A DNA stretch of 62,101 nt, counting the filler, from Basidioascus undulatus (taxonomy: Eukaryota): the NCBI GenBank assembly GCA_000826855.1. It is 4 parts of 4 records of this genome, joined end to end, with 100 filler letters (N's around TTAATTAATTAA, not from the genome) between each part and the next. Parts side by side here need not be neighbours in the genome. Positions count along the whole stretch, not along the records: positions 51,634 to 62,101 come from JTLS01001121.1; 3 more parts are not named here. One strand, given 5' to 3'. The notes beneath the pieces are model-generated. The model was given only the letters and a program-made list of their open reading frames with translations. It was not told the origin of the DNA and did not search any database. Shown in pieces: positions 61,498 through 62,101 of this stretch (position 1 is the first letter of the stretch; every line of letters starts with the position of its first letter). Both the position numbers and the translations under genes were made by a program.

Positions 61498-61720
61498 CGG
61501 CTAATTCACTGCCTCATCAATTGCACTTGCAAGGCAGGTAGCTGCACGGTAGCCAGCGCGTTTCTCGGGTTGGGGCACTTTAGTCTCCACACCCGGGTTC
61601 CCAGTGACCTTTGGGAGCCTGGTTCCCGGAGCAGGGCAGTGGGAGGAACAGTCGTTCGCCTCGGCTGTTCGTGAGCCTCAGCTCGCGTTCCCTGAACAGA
61701 GTCCTTCCGTTTGTTTTTTC
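61498..61720 (+). ncRNA. Candidate structured RNA of unknown family
   Basis: Five near-adjacent hairpins with G-U wobbles on the + strand, followed by a T-rich tract (see findings). Confidence 0.35.
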
Positions 61721-62101
61721 TCCAATAATTACAGAAGGTTAATTCCTGGGTTGAGCGCTTTCAATAAGGATGTCGGTCCATGAGGAGGTACGACTAAATA
61801 CGCGCGAAAGCAGGCTGCATCAACCGAAATGAATACACCAGTGCCGATAGCTGGCCGCCCCCATTCCTTGACGCGTCTTCCCAAGTTGACCGTGCACTTC
61901 CGACCGTTTGGCGTTTCTACCGCTCCCCCTTTTCACAGCCAAATCTCTATCGTATCCGGGATGGCGACGCCCCGAATTCCCGCGGGTGGTATGCCCGGTG
62001 TAGGCGTCCAAGTGACCGACGTCGCTTCGCTAGTGACGACGATCCGGCGCCTTTACCCCGCGCATCTCGCCGAGCCCGTCGTCGCGCGAATCATGACCGG
62101 C

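Noticed and set aside
61470..61710. Resemblance to RNase P CR-I (GGAAAAATTCG) or to group I intron P/R elements on the minus strand
   Set aside because: Partner elements (CR-IV/V, a proper S element) are missing, and wobble polarity argues against the minus strand.

Overview
GC-rich, intron-dense eukaryotic DNA, most likely from a basidiomycete fungus (about 50-100 nt GT-AG introns with CTRAC branch points, microexons, intron-containing tRNAs). It is not prokaryotic, so most entries in the ORF track are exon fragments or shadow ORFs. The window is four contigs joined by artificial 100-bp N44-TTAATTAATTAA-N44 spacers. By manual splicing, these genes appear intact: APC1 (3' part), an MFS sugar/quinate-type transporter, PRM10/ThrE (DUF1212), methionine aminopeptidase 1, an SDR, an F-box protein, a GT31/Fringe-like glycosyltransferase, tRNA-Ala(AGC) and tRNA-Tyr(GTA). 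Between them lie many damaged genes: four F-box-like genes, a RING gene, an MBOAT/wax-synthase-like gene, a hybrid histidine kinase, an ATP-grasp gene and a truncated EED/ESC (PRC2) homolog. The most notable observations are a probable GA-AG intron (plus two GC-AG introns) in PRM10, a frameshifted EED 5' half fused to unrelated sequence, an ATG-initiated targeting-like peptide inside MAP1 intron 2, and an unannotated multi-hairpin RNA-like element near 61.5-61.7 kb. All family calls come from motif recognition by eye; no database search was run.
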